A DNA stretch of 64,000 nt from Anaeramoeba ignava BMAN. Its lineage: Eukaryota > Protista > Anaeramoebae. The position numbers and the translations under genes were made by a program. The DNA lies in assembly GCA_028826165.1 (NCBI GenBank), contig JAPDFW010000115.1, forward strand, positions 1 to 64,000. The letters run 5' to 3'. The notes below the pieces were generated by a model. It saw nothing but the letters and a program-made list of their open reading frames with translations, made no database searches and was not told the origin of the DNA. Below, piece by piece: positions 37,490 through 52,200 of the stretch. Every line of letters begins with the position of its first letter. Within the stretch, counting starts at the first letter, position 1.

Positions 37490-39266
37490 TTAAATTTGAT
37501 TATTAAATTTCTTAATTAATAAATCAAATAAATTTGGATTTGTTTGATTTAATTGAAAATAATCAATTCCCCTATCAAGTTCATTAATTATTTCTTGTGT
37601 AATTTGAATTTCATTTTTAATTTGATTTGAATAAATCCAATATTCAAATATTTGAAATGAATTATTACTTAATTCACTATAATCTGTAACTTTATTTGAT
37701 TTATCTTCAGTTACAGATAAAAACATTCCTCGATATAATTCACTTCTCATTATTAATATTAATTTTGGAAATTTATATTGTTTTTCTTTTCTTTCAATTA
37801 TAAAATCTTTTTCATTTTCATTTAAATAAATTCTTTTAATTGTTTCTTCAATTTTTCATTTGAATTTATAATTTCTTTAATTTCAGAATATAATTTTGGA
37901 TTTATTTTGGAATTGTTTGAATAAATCATTTCAAATATTTGATTTGATTCTTTAATTGATTTTTTTGAAATAATTTCTTGAAGTTTTTCAATTTGATTTT
38001 GATTTTGATTTAATCTATATTTCAATATTAATTTATGAGCTTCAATTATTTCTCCATTTTCGGTTTTAAATGAAATATCACAAAATTCTTTTCTTCTAAA
38101 TAATTTTATCAAATCTTCTTCAATATTGGAAAAAGAAGAAAGAAAAGGAGAATAATAAAGAAATGAATTATTAAATCCACAAGAAACATGATAATTGAAA
38201 ATTTCTTCATTAAATCTTAATTTAGGAAGTTCAATTTGAATTGGAATTGATTGATATTTTGTATCTCCAGTTCCTAATTGACCATAATCATTTTTTCCAA
38301 ATACTATCAATTTTGATTTGGAAGTTAAAATCAAATTATGAGATTCACCAACAGAAAAATCAAGAATATTATCATCATTCCCAAATAAAGATGATTTGAT
38401 TTCAGTAAATTCATAAGTTTTTTGATATTTGCCAAGTCCATTATATTGAGAATATCCACATGAATAAAGTTTTCTTTTTGGATTTTGATTTTCATTTTCA
38501 TTTTCAATCAACATTATTGAATGATTAAATCCGCATTGAATATCAATTATTTTACCTTTTGGAATATTTTGGATTTTGGTTAATTTTTGGATTTTTGTTT
38601 CTTTGGTTTCTAATCCAAGTCTACCATATCTATTAAATCCGCATCCAAATAATTCTTGATTTGAATTTAAAAGAAAATAGATGTTGAAAATCCTGAAAAT
38701 ATTTTAGAAACATTTTTCATCATTAAAATTGGTTTTTGTGTTTTTTTAAGTGTTTCAGAATCAAAACCAAGTTGATTAGAAAGATTTGAACCAATTCCAT
38801 AAACATTTTGATTTGAAGTTAATAAATAAATTGAACTATATCCAGCAACAACATCTTTAATTATTCTATCATTTGTATCTTCAATTAATGATGAAATATT
38901 GATAAATTCATTTGAATTATCTGGATTAATATTTCTTCCTTTTGCAAATACATTTCCTTCTATTGTTAAAATAGCTTCATTTCGATAACCAACAGTTACT
39001 TTTTGAATATTTTCAATTTGGATTTCTGAAGGATTTTGTTTTGAATCTTTTAAATATTTTATTGCTTTTCCATTTTCAAAAAGGAAAATTGTTGAAAATA
39101 CTCCTGATGAAATTTGTTTAATTTCATTTTCATTTTCATTTTCATTTTCATTTTCATTTTCATTTTCATTTTCAAATTTAAATTGAATTGGTTTTGTTAT
39201 TTCATATGGTTCATTTTTGATAAGTTTTGGTAATTTATTTGAACCAAAAAATAAACAATCATTCAT
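37490..39266 (-). CDS. RCC1-BTB protein (paralog 5), two homopolymer frameshifts (~38680, ~37855)
   Basis: Three ORF fragments collinear with the intact paralogs. Pseudogene or assembly indels. Confidence 0.8.
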
Positions 39267-40465
39267 TTTTAGAAAAGAAAAAAAATGAAAAAATGATTTT
39301 AATTTAATTTCGATTTTAATTTAAATTTTAATTTTAATTTTAATTTTAATTTTAATTTTGATTTTGATTTTAATTTTGATTTTAATTTTAATTTTAATTT
39401 TAATTTTAATTTTAATTTTAATTTTAATTTTAATTTTAATTTTGATTTTAATTTTGATTTTAATTTTGATTTTAATTTTAAATTTAATTTTAATTTTAAT
39501 TTTAATTTTAATTTTAATTTTGAATTTTAATTTGATTTTAATTTTTAATTTTAATTTTAATTTTGATTTTAATTTTGATTTTAATTTTAATTTTGATTTT
39601 AATTTTGATTTTTGATTTTAATTTTAATTTTAATTTTAATTTTGATTTTGATTTTTAATTTTAATTTTAATTTTAATTTTAATTTTTTAATTTTAATTTT
39701 AATTTTAATTTTGATTTTAATTTTAATTTTGATTTTAATTTTAATTTTTAATTTTGATTTTGATTTTTAATTTTGATTTTAATTTTAATTTTAATTTTAA
39801 TTTTAATTTTAAATTTTAATTTTAATTTTTAATTTTAATTTTAATTTTAATTTTGATTTTAATTTTGATTTTAATTTTAATTTTGATTTTAATTTTAAAT
39901 TTAATTTTAATTTTTATTTTAATTTTAAAATCTTTTTCAGTGATAACGAGAAAAATTTTAATTTTAATTTTAATTTTAATTTTAATGAAAAATTGATTTT
40001 AATTTAAATTTTAAATTTAATTTTAAATTTTGTGAAACCCAAAAGTTGGGAAAATTTTGAGGAAAGAAAAAGAAAAAGCAAAAAATTTTGAAAAAGAAGA
40101 AATTTTAATTTTAAATTAGGGAAAATTTTCTCAATTTTTAAGAAATTTAATTTTAGTTTAATTTTTGATTCCACAAAGAAATTTTAATTTTGATTTTGAG
40201 TTTTTTAGATTTTGAAAAAATTTTAATTTTATTTTAATTTTTGAATTTTCATTAATTTTAATTTTAAATTTTAATTTTAATTTTAATTTTAATTTTAATT
40301 TTAATTTTAATTTTGATTTTTGATTTTAATTTTGATTTTAATTTTAATTTTAATTTTGATTTTAAATTTTGATTTTAATTTTAATTTTGATTTTAATTTT
40401 GATTTTGATTTTAATTTGATTTTTAATTTTGATTTTGAATTTTGATTTTAATTTTGATTTTGATT

Positions 40466-42243
40466 TTAATTTTGATTTTTAATTTTGATTTTTAATTTTG
40501 ATTTTTGATTTTGATTATTAAATTTCTTAATTAATAAATCAAATAAATTTGGATTTGTTTGATTTAATTGAAAATAATCAATTCCCCTATCAAGTTCATT
40601 AATAATTTCTTGTGTAATTTGAATTTCATCTTTAATTTGATTTGAATAAATCCAATATTCAAATATTTCGAATGATTTATTACTTAATTCACTATAATCT
40701 GTAACTTTATTTGAAGTATCATTTGTTACAGATAAAAACATTCCTCGATATAATTCACTTCTCATTATTAATATTAATTTTGGAAATTTATATTGTTTTT
40801 CTTTTCTTTCAATTATAAAATCTTTTTCATTTTCATTTAAATAAATTCTTTTCATTGTTTCTTCAATTTTTTCATTTGAATTTATAATTTCTTTAATTTC
40901 TGAATATAATTTTGGATTTATTTTGGAATTGTTTGAATAAATCATTTCAAATATTTGATTTGATTCTTTAATTGATTTTTTTGAAATAATTTCTTGAAGT
41001 TTTTCAATTTCATTTTGATTTTGATTTAATCTATATTTCAATATTAATTTATGAGCTTCAATTATTTCTCCATTTTCTGTTTTAAATGAAATATCACAAA
41101 ATTCTTTTCTTCTAAATAGTTTTATCAAATCTTCTTCAAGATTGGAAAAAGAAGAAAGAAAAGGAGAATAATAAAGAAATGAATTATTAAATCCACAAGA
41201 AACATGATAATTGAAAATATCTTCATTAAATCTTAATTTAGGAAGTTCAATTTGAATTGGAATTGGTTGATCATTTGTATCTCCAGTTCCTAATTGACCA
41301 TATTCATTATTCCCAAATACTATTAATTTTGAATTAGAAGTTAAAATCAAAGTATGTTTATTTCCAACAGAAATTTCAATAATATTATCATTTTCAAATA
41401 AAGATGATTTGATTTCAGTAAATTCATAAGTATGCCCATCTTTGTCGAGTCCATTATATCTATCATTCCCACATGAATAAAGTTTTCTTTTTGGATTTTC
41501 ATCTTCATTTTCAATCAACATTATTGAATGAAAAAATCCAGATTGAATATCAATTATTTTACCTTTTGGAATATTTTGGATTTTTGTTAATTTTGGGATT
41601 TTTGTTTCTTTGATTCCTAACCCAAGTCTACCATATCTATTAAATCCACATCCAAATAATTCTTGATTTGAATTTAAAAGGAAAATAGATGTTGAAAATC
41701 CTGAAAACATTTTAGAAGCATTTTTCATCATTAAAATTGGTTTTTCTGTTTTTTTAAGTGTTTCAGAATCAAAACCAAGTTGACTAGATTCATTTGAACC
41801 AATTCCATAAACATTTTGATTTGAAGTTAATAAGTAAATTGAACTATATCCAGCAACAATATCTTCAATTATTCTATCATTTTTATCTTCAATTAATGAT
41901 GAAATATTGATAAATTCTTTTGGTTTATTTGGATTAATATCTCTTCCTTTAGCAAATACATTTCCTTCTATTGTTAAAATAGCTTCATTTTTGAAACCAA
42001 CAGTTACTTTTTGAATATTTTCTTCAATTTGGATTTTGGATTGATTTGAATGTTTTGAATATTCTATTGCTTTTCCATTTTCAAAAAGGAAAATTGTTGA
42101 AAAATAACCTGTTGAAATTTGTTTAATTTGTTTTTTATTTTCATTTTCATTTTCAAATTTAAATTGAATTGGTTTTATTTTATTTCTGGCTCATTTTTGA
42201 AAGAATTGGATTTCATTTGAACCAAAAATAAAATTTCATTCAT
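40466..42243 (-). CDS. RCC1-BTB protein (paralog 6), frameshifted near the 5' end
   Basis: Homologous start ATG at 42243. The 421-aa ORF covers the 3' part, and shortened homopolymers lie near 42180-42230. Confidence 0.8.
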
Positions 42244-42514
42244 TTTTGAAAAGAAAAATGAAAAATGATTTTTAAATTTTAATTTTGAATTTTAATTTTG
42301 ATTTTAATTTTAATTTTAATTTTAATTTTAATTTTAATTTTAATTTTAATTTTAATTTTAATTTTAATTTTAATTTTAATTTTAATTTTAATTTTGATTT
42401 TAATTTTAATTTTGATTTTAATTTTAATTTTAATTTTAATTTTAATTTTAATTTTAATTTTAATTTTAATTTTAAATTTTAATTTTAATTTTAATTTTAA
42501 TTTTGATTTTAATT

Positions 42515-44259
42515 TTAATTATTAAATTTCTTAATTAATAAATCAAATAAATTTGGATTTGTTTGATTTAATTGAAAATAATCAATTCCCCTATCAAGTT
42601 CATTAATTATTTCTTGTGTAATTTGAATTTCTTCTTTAATTTGATTTGAATAAATCCAATATTCAAATATTTCGAATGATTTATTACTTAATTCACTATA
42701 ATCTGTAACTTTATTTGATTTATCTTCTGTTACAGATAAAAACATTCCTCGATATAATTCGCTTCTCATTATTAATATTAATTTTGGAAATTTATATTGT
42801 TTTTCTTTTCTTTCAATTATAAAATCTTTTTCATTTTCATTTTCATTTAAATAAATTCTTTTAATTGTTTCTTCAATTTTTTCATTTGAATTTATAATTT
42901 CTTTAATTTCAGAATATAAAATTGGATTTATTATTCTGTTTGAATAAATCATTTCAAATATTTGATTTGATTCTTTAATTGATTTTTTTGAAATAATTTC
43001 TTGAAGTTTTTCAATTTCATTTTCATTTTGATTTAATCTATATTTCAATATTAATTTATGAGCTTCAATTATTTCTCCATTTTCGGTTTTAAATGAAATA
43101 TCACAAAATTCTTTTCTTCAAATAATTTTATCAAATCTTCTTCAAGATTGGAAAAAGAAGAAAGAAAAGGAGAATAATAAAGAAATGAATTATTAAATCC
43201 ACAAGAAACATGATAATTGAAAATTTCTTCTTTAAATCTTAATTTAGGAAGTTCAATTTGAATTGGAATTGGTTGAGATTTTGTATCTCCAGTTCCTAAT
43301 TGCTCATAAGAATTATTTCCAAATACTATCAATTTTGAATTGGAAGTTAAAATCAAAGTATGTTGTCTTCCAACAGAAAAATCAAGAATAATATTATCAT
43401 TTCCAAATAAAGATGATTTGATTTCAGTAAATTCATAAGCATTTCCATCTTTGTCGAGTCCATTATATTGAGAATATCCACATGAATAAAGTTTTCTTTT
43501 TGGATTTTCATCTTCATTTTCAATCAACATTATTGAATGTGAATATCCACATTGAATATCAATTATTTTGCCTTTTGGAATATTTTGGATTTTGGTAAGA
43601 GTTTTGATTTTTGTTTCTTTGATTCCTAATCCAAGTCTACCATATCTATTAAATCCGCATCCAAATAATTCTTGATTTGAATTTAAAAGAAAAATAGATG
43701 TTGAAATTCCTGAAAACATTTTAGAAACATTTTTCATCATTAAAATTGGTTTTTCTGTTTTTTTAAGTGTTTCAGAATCTAAACCAAGTTGATTAGAAAG
43801 ATTTGAACCAATTCCATAAACATTTTGATTTGAAGTTAATAAATAAACTGAACTAAAACCACAAAGAACATCTTCAATTATTCTATCATTTGTATCTTCA
43901 ATTAATGATGAAATATTGATAAATTCATTTGGATTTTCTGGATTAATATTTCTTCCTTTTGCAAATACATTTCCTTCTATTGTTAAAATAGCTTCATTTT
44001 GATGTCCAACAGTTACTTTTTGAATATTTTCAATTTGGATTTTTTTAGGATTTTGTTTTGAATCATTTAAATATTCTATTGCTTTTCCATTTTCAAAAAG
44101 GAAAATTGTTGAAAATTCACTTAATAAAGCTTGTTTAATTTGTTTTTCATTTTCATTTTCATTTTCAAATTTAAATTGAATTGGTTTTATTATTTTATTT
44201 GGTTCATTTTTGAAAAGAATTGGTTTTTCATTTGAACCAAAAAATAAACAATCATTCAT
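42515..44259 (-). CDS. RCC1-BTB protein (paralog 7), one frameshift at ~43120
   Basis: ORFs 43069-44259 and 42515-43048 are collinear with the paralogs. Confidence 0.82.
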
Positions 44260-44483
44260 TTTTGAAAAGAAAAAAATGAAAAATGATTTTTTAAATTTTA
44301 ATTTTAATTTTAATTTTAATTTTAATTTTAATTTTAATTTTAATTTTAATTTTGATTTTAATTTTAATTTTAATTTTAATTTTAATTTTAATTTTAATTT
44401 TAATTTTAATTTTAATTTTAATTTTAATTTTAATTTTAATTTTAATTTTAATTTTGATTTTAATTTTAATTTTAATTTTAATT

Positions 44484-46226
44484 TTAATTTTGATTATTAA
44501 ATTTCTTAATTAATAAATCAAATAAATTTGGATTTGTTTGATTTAATTGAAAATAATCAATTCCAATTTTGAATTTCATTATTTCTTGTGTAATTTCAAT
44601 TTCATTTTTAATTTGATTTGAATAAATCCAATATTCAAATATTTGAAATGATTTATTACTTAATTCACTATAATCTGTAACTTTATTTGATTTATCTTCA
44701 GTTACAGATAAAAACATTCCTCGATATAATTCACTTCTCATTATTAATATTAATTTTGGAAATTTATATTGTTTTTCTTTTCTTTCAATTATAAAATCTT
44801 TTTCATTTTCATTTAAATAAATTCTTTTCATTGTTTCTTCAATTTTTTCATTTGAATTTATAATTTCTTTAATTTCAGAATATAATTTTGGATTTATTAT
44901 TCTGTTTGAATAAATCATTTCAAATATTTGATTTGATTCTTTAATTGATTTATTTGAAATAATTTCTTGAAGTTTTTCAATTTCATTTTTATTTTGATTT
45001 AATCTATATTTCAACATTAATTTATGAGCTTCAATCATTTCTCCATTTTCTGTTTTAAATGAAATATCACAAAATTCTTTTCTTCTAAATAGTTTTATCA
45101 AATCTTCTTCAAGATTGGAAAGAGAAGGAGAATAATAAAGAAATGAATCATGAAATCCAGAATAAACATGATAATTAGAAATATCTTCATTAAATCTTAA
45201 TTTAGGAAGTTCAATTTGAATTGGAAAAATGAATACTTTATCTGTATTTTCATTTCCTATTTGACCAAAAGAATTATTTCCAGATCCTATCAATTTTGAA
45301 TTAGAAGTTAAAATCAAAGTATGAGCATTTCCAACAGAAAAATCAAGAATATTATCATCATTTTCAAATAAAGGTGATTCAATTTCTAAAAATTCATTAC
45401 ATTTCCCAAAATTTTTCCGTGCATTAAATAGAAAAAATCCACATGAATAAAGTTTTCTTTTTGAATTTTCATCATTTTCATTTTCAATCAACATTATTGA
45501 ATTATAATCTCCACATTGAATATCAATTATTTTGCCTTTTGGAATATTTTGGATTTTGGTTAATTGATCAATTTTTGTTTTTGTTATTAATTTTGCTAAC
45601 CCAAGTTGACTATATTGGTTATTACCGCATGCAAATAATTCTTGATTTGAATTTAAGAGAAAAACATGTTTTGAAGAATTTCCTGAAAACATTTTAGAAA
45701 CATTTTTCATCATTAAAATTGGTTTTTCTGTTTTTTCAAGTGTTTTAGAATCAAAACCAAGTTGACCATATTCATTTGAACCAATTCCATAAGCATTTTG
45801 ATTTGAAGTTAATAAGTAAATTGAATTATATCCAGAAACAACATCTTCAATTATTCTATCATTTTTATCTTCAATTAATGATGAAATATTGATAAATTCA
45901 TTTGGATTTTCTGGATTAATATCTTTTCCTTTTGCAAATACATTTCCTTCTATTGTTAAAATAGCTTCATTATAAAAACCAACAGTTACTTTTTGAATAT
46001 TTTCAATTTGGATTTTTTTAGGATTTTCATTTAAATATTCTATTGCTTTACCATTTTTAAAAAGGAAAATTTTTGAATAATTTCCTGATGAAATTTGTTT
46101 AATTTGTTTAATTTGTTTTAGATTTTCATTTTCAAATTTAAATTGAATTGGTTTTATTATTTTTTCTGGTTCATTTTTTAAAAGAATTGGTTTTTCATTT
46201 TTACCAAAAAATAAAATTTCATTCAT
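44484..46226 (-). CDS. RCC1-BTB protein (paralog 8)
   Basis: 580-aa intact ORF. Confidence 0.9.
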   Translation of the reverse strand: MNEILFFGKNEKPILLKNEPEKIIKPIQFKFENENLKQIKQIKQISSGNYSKIFLFKNGKAIEYLNENPKKIQIENIQKVTVGFYNEAILTIEGNVFAKGKDINPENPNEFINISSLIEDKNDRIIEDVVSGYNSIYLLTSNQNAYGIGSNEYGQLGFDSKTLEKTEKPILMMKNVSKMFSGNSSKHVFLLNSNQELFACGNNQYSQLGLAKLITKTKIDQLTKIQNIPKGKIIDIQCGDYNSIMLIENENDENSKRKLYSCGFFLFNARKNFGKCNEFLEIESPLFENDDNILDFSVGNAHTLILTSNSKLIGSGNNSFGQIGNENTDKVFIFPIQIELPKLRFNEDISNYHVYSGFHDSFLYYSPSLSNLEEDLIKLFRRKEFCDISFKTENGEMIEAHKLMLKYRLNQNKNEIEKLQEIISNKSIKESNQIFEMIYSNRIINPKLYSEIKEIINSNEKIEETMKRIYLNENEKDFIIERKEKQYKFPKLILIMRSELYRGMFLSVTEDKSNKVTDYSELSNKSFQIFEYWIYSNQIKNEIEITQEIMKFKIGIDYFQLNQTNPNLFDLLIKKFNNQN

Positions 46227-46273
46227 TTTCTTTTTAAAAAGAAAAAAATGAAAAAAATGAAAAATAATTATTT

Positions 46274-49200
46274 TTAATCCTTTTTCTTAATCTCAACTTT
46301 TAAAGGTTCAAACCAACTTTTCCAATTTGAATAATATAAATAAACGCAAGAAGCAATTCCAGAAAATTTTCCAGGAATTTGAGCAATAACTTCAAATTTA
46401 ACAACCTTTACTTCATTAGGAAGTAAAAAATCCCAATAAAAAACCAATTTAGTTGAACCAATCAATTCAAAAAAAGAAATCTGATTTGTTTTCATCAATT
46501 CATCCAATCTTTCATAAACCGGTTCAATTCCTGCAGGTAATCCAATAACGCAAGTTGTCATTGATTGAGATTTGTCTGTTTTGTTTTCAAATTTCAACTC
46601 AATTGAACCAATTTCTCCTTCAAACATTTGATGATATTCGGTTGATTTGGAATCAATAAATGAAAGATTGCAAAAATCAACAATAGAATCTTTAATAGTT
46701 TCTGGTTTTTCAACAAAATACTCAAATGATATTGAATAAGGTATTTGGATATTATATTCAAAACTTGGTGAAAAAGAACAAGAAATTTCCATTGAATGTT
46801 CCACAATTTTCTTTTCTTTGTTAATTTTATCCGAAAAATCTTCAAATTTCAAAGCAGAAGTTGAGCGATAGCTTTCGAAAAAATTTGGGAATGAAACTGT
46901 TTCAATCACTTGATCATCGAGAATAAGATTCAAATCAAATTTAATTTCCTTGTTCAATTTTTGGATATCTGGGAAATTCACTTCGTTGAATTTAGTGATT
47001 GATTTCAAAGCAAGAAATGTTGCTTGAGTTGATCCAAAAATTCCAATTCGAGAATTTGACATGATCCAATTATAAGAAGAAAGAGCATAAGCATTAAATA
47101 GTTGATGATTTTGTGATTTTTGTGTGAGATGGGAGCACCAAAGAAGCAAACATAAAGAGGTTGTTTCAACAGTCAAATCATTTCCATAACTCTGCATAAT
47201 TGAAGAGGATGAACCTTTTGTATATCCTTCTTTTGCTAAGTTATTATATCCGAGTTCCAAAGCAATTTTTTCCGATTGAGAAAACTGTTCAAAATTGAAA
47301 AGAGCTAATCCAAGTAAAGCAAGAATATACGGATCCTTGATCTCTTTTTTGGAATGGAATGAATGATCAAGAAGATGATTGATTTCCGTTGTTAGTTGAG
47401 TAAAAGAGACCAAATTTGTCTCACTCAAAACCCAAAGAATATATGCTGTTTGTGTTTGAGGAGTTGATGAATAATAATATCCTTTTGTTTTCTCAAAATT
47501 TCCTTTGCCGTCTCTTTGGTTCAATATCCAATCCAATGTTCTTTTGATTATTGATTTGTCAACAAGATCAGGAAACAATTGGGAAAGTTGATGATATTCA
47601 AGAACTCCAAGACATGTTAGTGGTTTGCTTGCGGGATTTGACCCAAAACAAGAAAATCCGCCTTGCGAACATTCATAAGTGATGAGTCTTGAATAGCCTG
47701 ATTTCAAATATTCGGTTGTTTGCTTCATTTTTGCATAATCTTTGATTCCATTAACAAGAAAATATTGAAAAGCAGCTATCATTGGAATTACTGTGCTTGT
47801 TAGCTGCTCAAAACATCCATGAGGCTCCCGAATTAGTGTTGAAACTCCTTCTTGAATTGATTGCATTGTTGAAAGACATAGTTTTGATGTGATTATCATC
47901 GAATTTGGAACATATGATTCAAGATTCAATTGGATTTTATGCACAAAAGGTTTTTCATTCATTTTGATTAATCCAGAATAGCATTTTTGATAAGGAAATC
48001 CTCGAGAAAATAGTCTGGTTGATTTCGCAATTGAATCTTTCAATGGGATATTTGTTGGTAATGATGATAATGTTGAAAATCCTGAAATCAATACTTCATC
48101 TTCTTTTTTAAGTATTTTTTTCCTGAATTTTTCTGTTAAATCTTTTGGTTCTTCAACAACTAAATGGAAAAATTTTCTAATACTTTTTTGAGGTGATAAT
48201 TCAAAGTTTTGCTTATTCGCTTCATTGTTTGCCAATCTCAAGAAGTTATTAGTGTTGATTCCAATTTCAATATTGCAATTTTCATTTGTTGAATTGACAA
48301 CAGTTACAGGTGAATAAAATTCATCTCCAAAACTAACTTGTGAAGGTATTTTTAAATCAAGATAAAATCGTCGGTTTGTTTGAATTAAGAACTCGTTTGA
48401 TGATCCAATTACTCCATCTTCAGAAAATGCAGTTATAAAAACTCTGAATGTTGTGATTGATTCATTGATTTGAAAGATGAATTTTGTTGAATATTGATTG
48501 ATTTCTTGATTTTGTTTTGTTTGAATAAATTCTGAAGAGAAAATTGTTGAATTGAAGTTTTTTCTTGGTTTAATTTGCATTTTTGGTTTATATTTTTCTC
48601 GAGAAAATTTTTCTTTTTCTTTTAAATTTTCTTTTAAATTTTCTTTTTCTTTTGAATTTTCTTTTTCTTTTGAATTTTTTGGAACATAAGCAACACCTAA
48701 AGATTCTGCAAGTTCTCGAAGTTCTTTCTCTTCATCATCACTATCCCTTTCATTATTTCTATCACTATTTTTTGACTGAATTGAATCATTTGGAGAATCT
48801 AAATATCCTGAAAGATCCTCAAGTTCAGTTCCATAATTTGTTTGATTTGAATCATATTGATTTTTTGATTGTAATTCTTCATTAACAGATTCATTTTCAA
48901 GTTCATCTAATTCTTCAATAAGTTCATCTTCATCCAAAATATCTAGTTGAAGTGGTTGAGAAAGTGCATCACTAATTTCATTTGCATCTTCAATTTCTCT
49001 TTTATTTCATTTTAAATTTTGAATTAAATTTTGAATTGAATTTTGAATTGAATTTTTAATTGAATTTTGAATTGAATTTTTAATTGAATTTTGAATTGAA
49101 TTTTTAATTGAATTTTGAATTGAATTTTTAATTGAATTTTGAATTGAATTTTGAATTGAATTTTGAATTGAATTTTTAATTGAATTTTTAATTGAATTTT

Positions 49201-52200
49201 TAATTGAATTGAATTTTGAATTGAATTTTTAATTGAATTGAATTTTGAATTGAATTTTGAATTGAATTTTGAATTGAATTTTGAATTGAATTTTTAATTG
49301 AATTGAATTTTGAATTGAATTTTGAATTGAATTTTGAATTGAATTTTGAATTGAATTTTTAATTGAATTTTGAATTGAATTTTTAATTGAATTGAATTTT
49401 GAATTGAATTTTTAATTGAATTGAATTTTGAATTGAATTTTTAATTGAATTTTTAATTGAATTGAATTTTTAATTGAATTGAATTTTTAATTGAATTGAA
49501 TTTTTAATTGAATTGAATTTTGAATTGAATTTTGAATTGAATTTTTAATTGAATTTTTAATTGAATTGAATTTTTAATTGAATTGAATTTTACTCAAGAC
49601 TATCAATTCTATCAATATCATAATTTTGATTTGTGCTTCTCATTGCACTATGTCTAAAAAGAAACAAAATCAAATTATTAAAAGGATAAATTTTTTTCAT
49701 TTGAATAAAAAATACCCATTTTGTAAAGCTCTCATTAATTCTAAATTTTGATTTGTTTCTTCACATCTCATCATTTGATTTTCCAAAAGCATACGATTTT
49801 CTTGCATTTTCATTAGTTGTTGTTCATACGCTTTCTTCCTTTTCAAACACATAATTGCAGCTAAAAGAAAAAAAAACCAACATAAAATCAATATTTAATA
49901 ATAATAATAATAAAAGAAATTCCAATTTAAAAACCTCTTTTGTTTTTTGATTTCACAAAATCTTTTGCTTGTTTAACTTGAACTTGAATTTTTTCTTCAA
50001 GAAAAACTTCTCTTTTCTAAAAAATATATAAAAAAATCAATAAATACTCCAAATATAAATAATAAATAATACTTCAATTTGCTCGATTGTATTTCTTAAT
50101 TTTTGAATAGTTTCACTTATTTGAGGTTTATTATTTCTTTTCCTTCCAAAAAGTCTAAAAATTCCTTTTTTTTCTACATAATTATTTTCCACACCAAATA
50201 ATGATTTAAATTTATCATCTTGAATTAAATTTTCCAATTTATCAAAACTCAAATCAAAATAAAGAAATCTTCTCCATCCTTGTGTTCCAAGAAGAAGATC
50301 AAGTTTGAGTTCAGGTTTGAAATTATCAAGAGGATCTTGTTCGAAATACGAAGAAGGATCTTCAAAATGAAGAACTTCGTTTTCAAGAAAAACCATTGAA
50401 AAAAGAGAAGGATTTCTCTTTCTTTTTTGGATCATTCGGAAAATTGAGTCTTCAGTTACAGTTATTGCACAATAAGCAGGAATGGAAATGTTTTGATTGC
50501 TGTGCAAAAGTGTTTGAATATTCATTTCAACAAAATCATTTTGAGTGTAAACATCCTTGTTTTTTGTGATTTTGAACTCAATTTGATCTTTTGGTTTAAC
50601 AAAAATAAGTCTTTCTGCTAAAGGAAGTGATTTTTCTTGATTCCAAATGGTGATTCTTAACACACCATCATTATTTTTAGGATCCAAATCAAAAACTTGT
50701 TCATCTTCTTTATTTTCAAGATGAATATCTTTTTTCATGATTATTTTTTCTTTTTTATACAATCCAACTTGAATATCTTGTTCTTCTAATGAATAAATTC
50801 CAAACTCAATTTTCTCGTTGAATTCAAAACATTCCTTTTTTGAGATGAATGATATTCCTTGATTCAATGGTTTTGGAAGTTCGAAAATTTTTTGAATTCC
50901 AAAAGGTTTTTTGATTTTCAAATGATAAATTTGATTTTTTTCTGGTTTGAAAATAAAATAACCTCTTCCTTCATGCAAAGTTGAGATATTTGAAACAACC
51001 AAGTTTGATGAATCACAAATTTCTGCTTGAATATCAGCTGGTTCACCTGATAAAACTAAAGATGCTTCAAAATAACAACGACATGTTAATCCATAAATTA
51101 AATAACCTCCTTCAGGAAAAAATTCCACATTTAAATTGGTTTGAATCAATGGAATTGTTCTTGTTATATTTCCTTTTATTCCCTGATGTGTTATTATGCA
51201 TGTTATTGTTCCTGTTCCTTCTCCTAAATTTTCTGGGAGTTGAAATGTTATTAAACATTTTGATTCTTCGTTTAAAATGTAATTTTGTTCATGAATTGTT
51301 TTTGCATTTAATTTTGCTATGACTTGAACATTTGCATTTTGAGCTAATCTTCCATCTTTTTTTTTAGCGAAAAAGATTGCAGAAACTTTTGAAATTTAAA
51401 TTAGATTTTAATTTTATAAATGAATTTTAATTTTAATTAAATTTTGATTTTGATTTTGATTTTAATTATAATTATAATTTTATAAATGAATTTTAATTTG
51501 ATTTTGATTTTGATTTTAATTTGATTTTGATTTTGATTTTAATTTTGATTTTGATTTTAAATATAATTTTAATTTTGATTTTAATTTTATAAATGAATTT
51601 TAATTTTAATTTTGATTTTAATTTTATAAATGATTTTAAATATAATTTAAATTTTATAAATGAATTTTGATTTTAATTTTATAAATGAATTTTAATTTTA
51701 ATTTTAATTTTAATTTTAATTTTTAATTTTAATTTTAATTTTAATTTTGATTTTAATTTTAATTTTAATTTTTAATTTTAATTTTAATTTTAATTTTAAT
51801 TTTAATTTTAATTTTAATTTTAATTTTGATTTTAATTTTAATTTTGATTTTAATTTTTAATTTTAATTTTAATTTTAATTTTAATTTTAATTTTAATTTT
51901 AATTTTAATTTTATAAATGAATTTTAATTTGAATTTTATAAATGAATTTTAATTTTAATTTTAATTTTGATTTTGATTTTTAATTTTATAAATGAATTTT
52001 AATTTTAATTTTAATTTTGATTTTAATTTTAATTTTAATTTTATAAATGATTTTAATTTTAATTTTAATTTTAATTTTAATTTTAATTTTAATTTTAATT
52101 TTAATTTTAATTTTAATTTTAATTTTAATTTTAAATATAATTTAAATTTTTAATTTTAATTTTAATTTTAATTTTATAAATGAATTTTTAATTTTAATTT

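Noticed and set aside
39900-40260. Irregular sequence within the AATTTT array, possible small element or ncRNA
   Set aside because: No ORF, terminal repeats or structure. It looks like degenerate or poorly polished repeat sequence.
37490-44259. Programmed frameshifting or definite pseudogenisation of RCC1-BTB copies (and of the RNF213-like gene)
   Set aside because: Breaks are single-base changes mostly in or next to homopolymers, typical of long-read assembly error. This cannot be decided without reads.
48692-50165. Snf7 as an independent gene nested between two A2M fragments
   Set aside because: No start Met, stop codon or Inr-like motif at its ends. Both borders are continuous open frames with A2M sequence.
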